Positions 29,241 to 37,265 of a DNA stretch of 64,000 nucleotides are shown in pieces (position 1 is the stretch's first letter; each line of letters starts with the position of its first letter). The notes under the pieces are model-generated. The model saw only the letters and a program-made list of their open reading frames with translations. It was not told where the DNA came from and searched no databases. Both the position numbers and the translations under genes were made by a program. The DNA comes from Microbacteriaceae bacterium (GTDB taxonomy: Bacteria; Actinomycetota; Actinomycetes; Actinomycetales; Microbacteriaceae), in NCBI GenBank assembly GCA_050245915.1, contig JBFWWZ010000007.1:4647-68646 (forward strand). The letters are read 5' to 3'.

Positions 29241-29863
29241 CGCTCGACCGCGACGCCCTCGCCGCGCGCATCGCCCGCGACATCCCGTACGGCGCCTACG
29301 TCAACCTCGGCATCGGCGCCCCCACCCTCATCGCCGACCACCTCGACCCGGCGCTCGACGTCACCCTCCACACCGAGAACGGCCTGCTCGGCATGGGGCC
29401 GGCCGCCACCGGCGACGCGATCGACGGCGACCTGATCAACGCGGGCAAGCAGCCGGTCACCGAACTCCCCGGCGCCGCCTACTTCAGCCAGGCGGACTCG
29501 TTCGCGATGATGCGCGGCGGGCACCTCGACGTCTGCGTGCTCGGGGCGTACCAGGTGTCGGCCGCCGGCGACCTCGCCAACTGGCACACCGGCGGAGCCG
29601 ACGCGATCCCCGCGGTCGGCGGCGCGATGGATCTCGCCATCGGAGCGAAACAGGTCTGGGTGATGATGGACCTGCTGACCAAGGACGGCTCCTCGAAACT
29701 GGTCGACGCGTGCACGTACCCCCTCACCGGGATCGGCTGCGTCAGCCGGGTCTACACCGAACGGGCCGTGTTGGAGGTCGGCGCCGCGGGAGCACGGGCG
29801 CTCGACACGTTCGGCACCACCCTCGACGAATTGCGGGACCTCACCGGATTGGACCTCAGATGA
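29237..29863 (+). CDS. pcaJ: 3-oxoadipate CoA-transferase subunit B
   Basis: 208 aa starting from GTG 29237 (GTGA overlap). Catalytic-Glu motif LHTENGLLGMGP. Confidence 0.9.
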   Translation: MTLDRDALAARIARDIPYGAYVNLGIGAPTLIADHLDPALDVTLHTENGLLGMGPAATGDAIDGDLINAGKQPVTELPGAAYFSQADSFAMMRGGHLDVCVLGAYQVSAAGDLANWHTGGADAIPAVGGAMDLAIGAKQVWVMMDLLTKDGSSKLVDACTYPLTGIGCVSRVYTERAVLEVGAAGARALDTFGTTLDELRDLTGLDLR

Positions 29864-31014
29864 CCGCCAGCTTCGTGTACGACGCCGTCCGCACGCCGTT
29901 CGGCCGCTACGGCAAGGCGCTCGCGGGGGTGCGACCCGACGACCTCGCCGCCTCGACGCTGCGCGCGCTGCTCGTGCGGCATCCCGGACTCGACCCCGCC
30001 CGCATCGGCGACGTGTTCATGGGCGACGCCAACCAGGCCGGTGAAGACAACCGCGACGTCGCGCGCATGGCCGTGCTGCTCGCGGGGCTGCCGGACTCGG
30101 TTACCGGCACCACGATCAACCGGCTCTGCGGGTCGGGGCTCGACGCCGCGATGCAGGCCAGCCGCATGATCGAGACCCAGGATGCCGAGGTCGCCATCGC
30201 GGGCGGCGTCGAATCCATGAGCCGGGCGCCCTGGGTGTCGCTGACCGAAGACGGCGACCGGGTCGGCACAGCACTCGGCTGGCGGCTGGCGAACCCCCAC
30301 CACCCGGCGGAGATCGTCGTGCCGATGGGCGCGACCGCCGAGCTGCTCGCCGACGAGTACGGCATCAGCCGCGACGAGCAGGACGCGTTCGCGCTGCGAT
30401 CGCATCTCGCCGCGGCGAAAGCCTGGGACGACGGCATCTTCGAGGGCGAGATCGTCGGCGTGCCCGGCGTCGACCTCACGCGGGACGAGGGCGTGCGGCC
30501 CGACTCGAGCCTCGAGGCGCTCGGCGGGCTGAAGACCGTGTTCCGCGAGGACGGCGGCACGGTGACCGCGGGCAACTCCTCGCCGCTCAGCGACGGGTCG
30601 TCGATGGTGCTGATCGGCGCCGAGGGCGCACTCGGCGACACCGAGCCGCTCGCCCGGATCGCCGGCCGCGGCGCGATGGGCACCGACCCCAACCACTTCG
30701 GCATCGCGCCGGTCGAGGCCGCGAACCGGGCGCTCGCCCGCGCCGGCAAGACCTGGGCCGACGTGGATCTCGTCGAACTCAACGAGGCGTTCGCGGCGCA
30801 GTCCCTCGCCTGCCTCCGGCTCTGGCCCGAGCTCGACCCGGCGAAGGTGAACGTGCACGGCGGGGCGATCGCGATCGGGCATCCGCTGGGAGCCTCCGGC
30901 GGTCGCATCCTGGGTCGCGCCGCGCACGCCCTGCAGCAGCGGGGCGGCGGGGTCGCGGTGGCCGCGATCTGCATCGGCGTCGGCCAGGGCCTCGCCGTCG
31001 TGCTGGAACGCTAG
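29860..31014 (+). CDS. pcaF: 3-oxoadipyl-CoA thiolase / acetyl-CoA C-acyltransferase
   Basis: 384 aa. Thiolase motifs NRLCGSGLDA, NVHGGAIAIGHPLGASG and CIGVGQG. Confidence 0.9.
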   Translation: MTASFVYDAVRTPFGRYGKALAGVRPDDLAASTLRALLVRHPGLDPARIGDVFMGDANQAGEDNRDVARMAVLLAGLPDSVTGTTINRLCGSGLDAAMQASRMIETQDAEVAIAGGVESMSRAPWVSLTEDGDRVGTALGWRLANPHHPAEIVVPMGATAELLADEYGISRDEQDAFALRSHLAAAKAWDDGIFEGEIVGVPGVDLTRDEGVRPDSSLEALGGLKTVFREDGGTVTAGNSSPLSDGSSMVLIGAEGALGDTEPLARIAGRGAMGTDPNHFGIAPVEAANRALARAGKTWADVDLVELNEAFAAQSLACLRLWPELDPAKVNVHGGAIAIGHPLGASGGRILGRAAHALQQRGGGVAVAAICIGVGQGLAVVLER

Positions 31015-32730
31015 CTACGGAAGCGCCGGAATCGGCGCGCCCAGCGGCAGCACGTACGCGACGTAGTGGTCGGGGCGCACGATGACGATGGCGCCCTCGC
31101 GGGAGATGCCGCGCTCCTCGAAGATGTCGTGCTGCGGGTCGACCGCGAAGACGTTCTCGTCGTCGAACAGCTCGAACCGGCCGACCCGCGGCCGGAACAC
31201 GCCAGGCACCGACTGGATGTCGACCTCGGTGTACGGGCTCGGATAGATCACCTTCACGTCGAACCACTCCGCGGGACCGGGCAGCTCGAGCTCCTGCGGA
31301 TCGCCGAAGACGTAGATGCGCCAGCGCCCGTCCGCCCGTGCCAGATGCCCGAGGTGCTGCGGGGTGGCGTCGCACACCCGGACCACGGGAGCCGAGTGGA
31401 ACCGCTTGCCGATCGGGAACCCGGACGCGAGCTGCTGGTGCGCCGGCTCGCCGACGATCATCGACGGCGGGTACTGGGTCATGAAGCCGGCGGGGAACTC
31501 GATGGTGCGCTGGTAGAACTCCTCGAGGTAGGAGGGCTCCGGCAGGTCCTCGGGGCGGGTGGCCATGAGGGTCGACCACTCGCGGTCGAAGTCGATGAGG
31601 TTCTTCGCGATCACCTGACGCTCGGCCGAGTAGGTGGCGAGCAGGGATGCCGGCGCCCGGCCGTCGAGCACGTGCCCGAGCTTCCAGCCGATGTTCCAGC
31701 CGTCCTGCATGGAGACGTTCATGCCCTGCCCGGCCTTCGCGCTGTGCGTGTGGCAGGCGTCGCCGGCGATGAAGACACGTGGGTCGTCACCGTCGTCGAA
31801 GCGCTCGGTGAGCCGGTGGCCCACCTCGTAGACGCTGTTCCAGGCCACGTGCTTCACGTCGAGCGTGTACGGCGCGAGGATCGCGTTCGCCTGCGCGATG
31901 ACCTCGTCGATGGAGGTGTCGCGCACCTCGGGACGCGCCTCGCCGAGGTCGACGTACATGCGGAACAGATATCCGCCCTCGCGCGGGATCAGCAGGATCT
32001 GGCCCGCCTTGTCCGACTGGATGGCGGCTTTCAGCCGGATGTCGGGGAAGTCGGTGACGGCGAGCACGTCCATCACGCCCCAGGCGTGGTTCGCCTGCGC
32101 CCCCTCGAGCGAGAGCCCGATCGCGCTGCGCACCCCGGAGCGCGCGCCGTCCGCGCCGATCACGTACTTCGCGCGGACGTCTTTCCCGTCGAGGTGCACG
32201 AGCACGTGGTCGTCGCGGATCTCGAGTCCCGTGAACTCCCACCCGTAGTCGACGGTCATGCGCGTCGGCGACCGCTCCATCCATTCGGCGAAGTAGTCGA
32301 GCACGCGCGCCTGGTTGACGAGCAGGTGCGGGAATTCGCTGACGCCGTGCGGGTCGTCGGGCGTGCGCGACATGCGGACGATGCGCGACGGGTCGTCGGG
32401 GTCGGGCTTCCAGAACACCATCTCGGTCTGGACGAAGGCCTCCTCCACGATGCGGTCGGCGAACCCGAACGCCTGGAAGGTCTCGACGCTTCGCGACTGG
32501 ATGCCGTCGGCCTGCCCGATCTCGAGGCGGCCGGGGCGGCGGTCGATGATCCGCGTCGTGATGGACGGGAACTGCGCCAGCTGGGCGGCGGCGATCATGC
32601 CGGCGGGCCCGGCGCCGACGATGAGCACGTCGACCTCGTCGGGCAGCTCGTCCGGGCGATCGATGCCGGTGCCGGCGGCGGGCTGGATTCGGGGGTCGCC
32701 CGAGACGTAGCCGTTGTGGTGGAACTGCAC
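31015..32730 (-). CDS. FAD-dependent aromatic-ring hydroxylase (phenol 2-monooxygenase / 3-hydroxybenzoate 4-monooxygenase-like, with thioredoxin-like C-terminal domain)
   Basis: 571 aa starting from GTG 32730 (VQFHHNGYVSGDP, like the MQFHLNGF start I recall for MobA-type enzymes). Motifs seen: DVLIVGAGPAGMIAA and FIAGDACHTHSAKAGQGMNVSMQDGWN. Confidence 0.85.
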   Translation of the reverse strand: MQFHHNGYVSGDPRIQPAAGTGIDRPDELPDEVDVLIVGAGPAGMIAAAQLAQFPSITTRIIDRRPGRLEIGQADGIQSRSVETFQAFGFADRIVEEAFVQTEMVFWKPDPDDPSRIVRMSRTPDDPHGVSEFPHLLVNQARVLDYFAEWMERSPTRMTVDYGWEFTGLEIRDDHVLVHLDGKDVRAKYVIGADGARSGVRSAIGLSLEGAQANHAWGVMDVLAVTDFPDIRLKAAIQSDKAGQILLIPREGGYLFRMYVDLGEARPEVRDTSIDEVIAQANAILAPYTLDVKHVAWNSVYEVGHRLTERFDDGDDPRVFIAGDACHTHSAKAGQGMNVSMQDGWNIGWKLGHVLDGRAPASLLATYSAERQVIAKNLIDFDREWSTLMATRPEDLPEPSYLEEFYQRTIEFPAGFMTQYPPSMIVGEPAHQQLASGFPIGKRFHSAPVVRVCDATPQHLGHLARADGRWRIYVFGDPQELELPGPAEWFDVKVIYPSPYTEVDIQSVPGVFRPRVGRFELFDDENVFAVDPQHDIFEERGISREGAIVIVRPDHYVAYVLPLGAPIPALP

Positions 32731-32738
32731 GCTCGGAT

Positions 32739-32758
32739 CGTATATCTTTTCGCATACG
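32739..32758. promoter_or_regulatory. Candidate GntR-type operator in the divergent promoter region
   Basis: CGTAT-N10-ATACG inverted repeat (GT..AC type) in the AT-richer 55-bp spacer between the hydroxylase gene and the FAH-RraA gene. Confidence 0.3.
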
Positions 32759-32785
32759 GCGATCAAGAGCGGAGGAAGACAGGCC

Positions 32786-34207
32786 ATGGAGCGTCCCGGC
32801 AAGGTCATCGCACTGCATCTCAACTACCCATCGCGCATCGCGCAGCGGGGCCGCACACCCGAGCAGCCGTCGTACTTCCTCAAGCCGTCGACATCCGTCG
32901 CCGCGTCAGGCGACCCCATCGAGCGCCCCGCCGGCACCGAGTTACTCGCCTTCGAGGGCGAGGTCGCCCTCGTCATCGGCCGCACCGCCCGCCGCGTCTC
33001 CGCCGAGGACGCATGGTCCTACGTCTCCGGCGTCACCGCCGCGAACGACTTCGGCGTCTACGACCTGCGCTGGGCCGACAAAGGCAGCAACCTGCGCTCC
33101 AAGGGCGGCGACGGGTTCACGCCCCTCGGGCCCGAGATCATCCCTGCGGACGCCGTCGACCCCGCCGCACTCCGTATCCGCACCTGGGTCGACGGTGAGC
33201 TCGTGCAGGACGACACCACCGCCGGGCTCGTGTTCCCGTTCGCTCGGCTGGTCGCCGACCTGTCGCAGTTGCTGACGCTGGAACCCGGCGACGTCATCCT
33301 GACCGGCACCCCCGCCGGCTCGAGCGTCGTCGTACCCGGTCAGACGGTCGAGGTGGAGGTGGACGTTCCCGGCGGGCGGAGCACCGGGCGGCTCGTGACC
33401 CCCGTCATCGACGGCACCACACCGCTCGGCGACTACGGTGCGCAGCCGAAAGTCGACGACCTGCAGCGCACCGAGGCCTGGGGCTCGCGCTCCGCGGCGG
33501 GACTCGATCCGGAGTTCGAGCTCGACGACGACCTGCGGGCGCGGCTCGCGAGCGTCGGCACCGCCACCCTCAGCGCGCAGCTGCGCAAGCGCGGATACGA
33601 CGAGGTCTCGATCGACGGTGTCCGAACGAATCAGCCCGGCGCGCACCTCGTCGGGCGGGCGCGCACGCTCCGGTTCATCCCGTTCCGACCCGACCTGTTC
33701 GAGGCCCACGGCGGCGGGTTCAACGCCCAGAAGCGGGCGTTCGACACGATCGGCGAAGGCGAGGTGCTGGTCATCGAGGCGCGCGGTGAGGCCGGTACGG
33801 GGACAGTCGGCGACATCCTGGGTCTGCGGGCGCAGGTGCGCGGCGCCGCGGGGATCGTGACCGACGGAGGGATCCGCGACTGGGCGCAGGTGGCCGCCCT
33901 CGGCATCCCGAGCTTCTCGGCCGGGCCGCACCCGGCGGTTCTCGGCCGCCGCCACGTGCCGTGGGAGACCGACGTCACCGTCGCCTGCGGCGGGGCCGCC
34001 GTGCAGCCGGGCGACGTGATCGTCGGGGACGACGACGGCGTGCTCGTCATCCCGCCCGCGCTGGTGCGGGAGGTGGCCGACGCCGCCGTCGAGCAGGAGC
34101 GCGAGGAGCGGTTCATCGCCCAGCAGGTGGCAGCGGGGGTGTCCGTCGACACGCTCTACCCGATGAGCCCCGAGTGGCGCGCACGGTACGCGGGGTGGCA
34201 TGAGTAA
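32786..34207 (+). CDS. Fusion protein: fumarylacetoacetate hydrolase (FAH/HpaG-like) domain + RraA-like (HMG/CHA aldolase / oxaloacetate decarboxylase family) domain
   Basis: 473 aa starting from ATG 32786. Residues 1-205 form the FAH fold (FEGEVALVIG, NDFGVYD, GDVILTGTPAG). Residues ~248-473 are RraA-like (GDILGLRAQVRGAAGIVTDGGIRD). Confidence 0.85.
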   Translation: MERPGKVIALHLNYPSRIAQRGRTPEQPSYFLKPSTSVAASGDPIERPAGTELLAFEGEVALVIGRTARRVSAEDAWSYVSGVTAANDFGVYDLRWADKGSNLRSKGGDGFTPLGPEIIPADAVDPAALRIRTWVDGELVQDDTTAGLVFPFARLVADLSQLLTLEPGDVILTGTPAGSSVVVPGQTVEVEVDVPGGRSTGRLVTPVIDGTTPLGDYGAQPKVDDLQRTEAWGSRSAAGLDPEFELDDDLRARLASVGTATLSAQLRKRGYDEVSIDGVRTNQPGAHLVGRARTLRFIPFRPDLFEAHGGGFNAQKRAFDTIGEGEVLVIEARGEAGTGTVGDILGLRAQVRGAAGIVTDGGIRDWAQVAALGIPSFSAGPHPAVLGRRHVPWETDVTVACGGAAVQPGDVIVGDDDGVLVIPPALVREVADAAVEQEREERFIAQQVAAGVSVDTLYPMSPEWRARYAGWHE

Positions 34208-34838
34208 GTCGCAGCAGGCCTACGCCTGGATCAAGGAGCGCATCGACGACGGCCGGTTCGTCTCGGGGTACCGGCTCGTGCTCGGGCCGATCGCGCAGGA
34301 ACTCGGCACCAGTGTGGTGCCGGTGCGCGAGGCGATCCGGCTACTCGAAGCCGAGGGCCTCGTCACGTTCGAGCACAATGTCGGAGCCCAGGTCGCGCTG
34401 GTGCACGAAGACGAGTACGTCTTCACGATGCAGACCCTGAGCCTCGTCGAGGGCGCGGCGACCGCGTTGGCCGCCCCGCACATCACCGCCGACGACATCA
34501 CCCGCGCCCGCGCCATCAACGACCAGATGACCGCCATGCTCGCCCAGTTCGACCCGGCGCGATTCACGGCGCTCAACCTCGACTTCCACTCGGTGCTGTT
34601 CGAGCGCTGCCCGAACCCGCACATCGTCGACCTCGTGGGCCGCGGCTGGGCGCGGCTGAAGCTGCTGCGCGAGTCGACCTTCAGCTTCGTGCCCGGCCGC
34701 GCACCCTCGTCGGTCGAGGAGCACGAGCAGATCCTGCGGCTGATCGAGCGACGTGCCGACCCGCTCGAGATCGAACTCGCCGCACGCCGCCACCGCACCA
34801 CGACCATGGACGCCTACCTGGCGTCGCGACACCCCTAG
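34200..34838 (+). CDS. GntR family transcriptional regulator (FadR/FCD subfamily)
   Basis: 212 aa with an N-terminal wHTH (LVLGPIAQELGTSVVPVREAIRLLEAEGLV) and a helical FCD domain. 8-nt overlap with the upstream gene. Confidence 0.88.
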   Translation: MSKSQQAYAWIKERIDDGRFVSGYRLVLGPIAQELGTSVVPVREAIRLLEAEGLVTFEHNVGAQVALVHEDEYVFTMQTLSLVEGAATALAAPHITADDITRARAINDQMTAMLAQFDPARFTALNLDFHSVLFERCPNPHIVDLVGRGWARLKLLRESTFSFVPGRAPSSVEEHEQILRLIERRADPLEIELAARRHRTTTMDAYLASRHP

Positions 34839-34845
34839 GAGCCCG

Positions 34846-35784
34846 ATGCGCTTCCGCACCAACCCCCACGACATCCGCGGCTCGATCGTGCCACTGATGA
34901 CCCCGTTCACTGCCGACGGCGCCGTTGACCACGAGAGCCTCGAGAACCTGGTCGAATGGCAGCTGGCCAACGGCACCCATGGAATCTCCATCGGCGGCTC
35001 GACAGGCGAGCCGGGGGCCCAGAGCCTCGAAGAGCGGATCGCCGCGATCGCGACCGTGACCTCCGCCGTCGCCGACCGGGTACCGGTGGTCGTCGGCACG
35101 GGCACGGCGCAGCTGCAGGAGACGCTGGAGCTGACCGCCGCCGCCGTCGAGCTCGGCATCGACGCGTCGCTGATCATCACGCCCTACTACGCCAGGCCCA
35201 CGCAGGAGGCGCTCTACGTCTGGTACAAGACGGTGGCCGCCGAGTTCCCCGACCTGCCGATCATCGCCTACAACGTGCCGTCGCGCACCGCGGTCGACAT
35301 CGTCCCCGAGACGGTCGCGCGGCTGTTCCGCGACGTCGACAACTTCGTGGGCATCAAAGAGACCACGAAGGACTTCGAGCACTTCAGCCGGGTGCTGCAG
35401 CTCTGCGGCCGGGAACTGATCGTGTGGTCGGGCATCGAGCTGCTGTGCCTCCCGCTGCTGGCGCTTGGCGGCGCCGGCTACCTCAGCGCTACGGCCAACA
35501 TCGCGCCCGCCGCCCACGCCCGCATGTTCGAGCTGTGGGAGGCGGGCGACCAGGAGGCGGCCCGCGAGATCCATTACGGCCTGCACCCACTCGTCGACCT
35601 GCTGTTCGTCGAGACCAACCCGGCACCCGGGAAGTGGGTGCTCGAGCAGCGCGGCCTCATCCGGTCGGGCTACGTGCGCCCCCCGCTCATCACGCCCACG
35701 GAGTCGGGCCTCGTGAAGATCCGCCAGTACCTGCAGGAGGGCGAGGCGTACCTCACCCCGGTCGCGAAGGAGTTCCAGCTGTGA
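34846..35784 (+). CDS. Dihydrodipicolinate synthase/N-acetylneuraminate lyase family class I aldolase
   Basis: 312 aa with GSTGE, YNVPSRT and the Schiff-base Lys context FVGIKETT. GGAG lies 5 nt upstream of the ATG. Confidence 0.85.
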   Translation: MRFRTNPHDIRGSIVPLMTPFTADGAVDHESLENLVEWQLANGTHGISIGGSTGEPGAQSLEERIAAIATVTSAVADRVPVVVGTGTAQLQETLELTAAAVELGIDASLIITPYYARPTQEALYVWYKTVAAEFPDLPIIAYNVPSRTAVDIVPETVARLFRDVDNFVGIKETTKDFEHFSRVLQLCGRELIVWSGIELLCLPLLALGGAGYLSATANIAPAAHARMFELWEAGDQEAAREIHYGLHPLVDLLFVETNPAPGKWVLEQRGLIRSGYVRPPLITPTESGLVKIRQYLQEGEAYLTPVAKEFQL

Positions 35785-37265
35785 AGCCCGCCGGCATCCC
35801 GGATCGCATCCGGCACTACATCGACGGAGCCTTCGTCGACAGCGTCGACGGCGACACCTTCGACGTGCTCGATCCCGTCACGAACCAGACCTACATCCAG
35901 GCCGCGGCCGGCAAGAAGGCCGACGTCGACCTCGCCGTCGCGGCAGCCACCCGCGCCTTCCGCGAGGGGCCGTGGCCCCGGATGAAGCCGCGCGAACGCG
36001 CTCGCGTACTCAACAGGATCGCGGATGCCGTCGAGAGCCGCGACCGCGAGCTCGCGGAACTCGAGACCTTCGACACCGGGCTGCCGATCACCCAGGCGCT
36101 GGGGCAGGCGCAGCGCGCGGCCGAGAACTTCCGGTTCTTCGCCGACCTGATCGTCGCCCAGTCCGACGACACCTACAAGGTGCCCGGCGCGCAGGTGAAC
36201 TACGTCAACCGCAAGCCGATCGGCGTCGCCGGGCTCATCACGCCGTGGAACACGCCTTTCATGCTCGAGAGCTGGAAGCTCGCGCCCGCCCTGGCATCCG
36301 GGTGCACCGTCGTACTGAAGCCCGCAGAGTTCACCCCGCTGTCGGCGTCCCTCTGGGCGGGCATCTTCGAGTCCGCCGGCCTGCCGCAGGGGGTCTTCAA
36401 CCTCGTCAACGGGCTGGGCGAGGAGGCCGGCGATGCGCTCGTCACGCATCCCGACGTGCCGCTCATCTCGTTCACCGGCGAGAGCCGCACCGGGCAGCTC
36501 ATCTTCGGCAACGCCGCCCCGATGCTGAAGGGGCTCTCGATGGAGCTCGGCGGCAAGAGCCCGGCCGTCGTCTTCGCCGATGCCGACCTCGACGCCGCCA
36601 TCGACTCGACCCTGTTCGGGGTGTTCTCGCTGAACGGCGAGCGCTGCACCGCCGGCAGCCGCATCCTCGTCGAGCGCCCCGTCTACGACGAGTTCCTCGA
36701 GCGGTACGCCGCGCGGGCGAAGAAGATCGTCGTCGGCGACCCGCACGACGACAAGACCGAGGTCGGCGCGCTCGTTCATCCGGAGCACTACGAGAAGGTC
36801 ATGTCGTATGTCGAGCTCGGCAAGACGGAGGGCCGCCTGCTCGCCGGCGGCGGCCGCCCCGACGGCCTCGACACCGGCAACTACGTCGCCCCGACCGTGT
36901 TCGCCGACGTGAAGCCCGACGCTCGGATCTTCCAGGAGGAGATCTTCGGCCCGGTCGTCGCGATCACCCCGTTCGACACCGACGAGGAGGCGCTCGCCCT
37001 CGCGAACGGGGTCAAGTACGGCCTCGCCGCCTACATCTGGACCACCGACCTGCAGCGCGCCCACACCTTCGCGCAGAACGTCGAGGCCGGGATGGTGTGG
37101 CTGAACTCGCACAACGTGCGCGACCTGCGCACCCCGTTCGGCGGCGTCAAGGCCTCCGGCCTCGGACACGAGGGCGGCTACCGCTCGATCGACTTCTACA
37201 CCGACCAGCAGGCCGTGCACATCACGCTCGGCCCCGTCCACACCCCCCGCTTTGGAGCCAGCTGA
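35781..37265 (+). CDS. hpaE: NAD-dependent aldehyde dehydrogenase, probably 5-carboxymethyl-2-hydroxymuconate semialdehyde dehydrogenase
   Basis: 494 aa starting from GTG 35781 (GTGA overlap). ALDH motifs MELGGKSP and FSLNGERCTAGSR. Adjacent to hpaD. Confidence 0.85.
   Translation: MKPAGIPDRIRHYIDGAFVDSVDGDTFDVLDPVTNQTYIQAAAGKKADVDLAVAAATRAFREGPWPRMKPRERARVLNRIADAVESRDRELAELETFDTGLPITQALGQAQRAAENFRFFADLIVAQSDDTYKVPGAQVNYVNRKPIGVAGLITPWNTPFMLESWKLAPALASGCTVVLKPAEFTPLSASLWAGIFESAGLPQGVFNLVNGLGEEAGDALVTHPDVPLISFTGESRTGQLIFGNAAPMLKGLSMELGGKSPAVVFADADLDAAIDSTLFGVFSLNGERCTAGSRILVERPVYDEFLERYAARAKKIVVGDPHDDKTEVGALVHPEHYEKVMSYVELGKTEGRLLAGGGRPDGLDTGNYVAPTVFADVKPDARIFQEEIFGPVVAITPFDTDEEALALANGVKYGLAAYIWTTDLQRAHTFAQNVEAGMVWLNSHNVRDLRTPFGGVKASGLGHEGGYRSIDFYTDQQAVHITLGPVHTPRFGAS

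Noticed and set aside
32714-32823. Extended starts of the FAH-RraA ORF (32714) and of the hydroxylase ORF (32823)
   Set aside because: The two extensions would overlap each other head to head. Their residues (MWWNCTLGSYIFSH; MRCSAMTLPGRSMACLPP) look non-native. Trimming both gives conserved N-termini and a plausible divergent promoter.
31066-33198. 710-aa plus-strand ORF over the hydroxylase gene
   Set aside because: It is antisense to a flavoprotein gene with clear FAD motifs, is Arg/Gly/Asp/Val-rich, and has no family signature.
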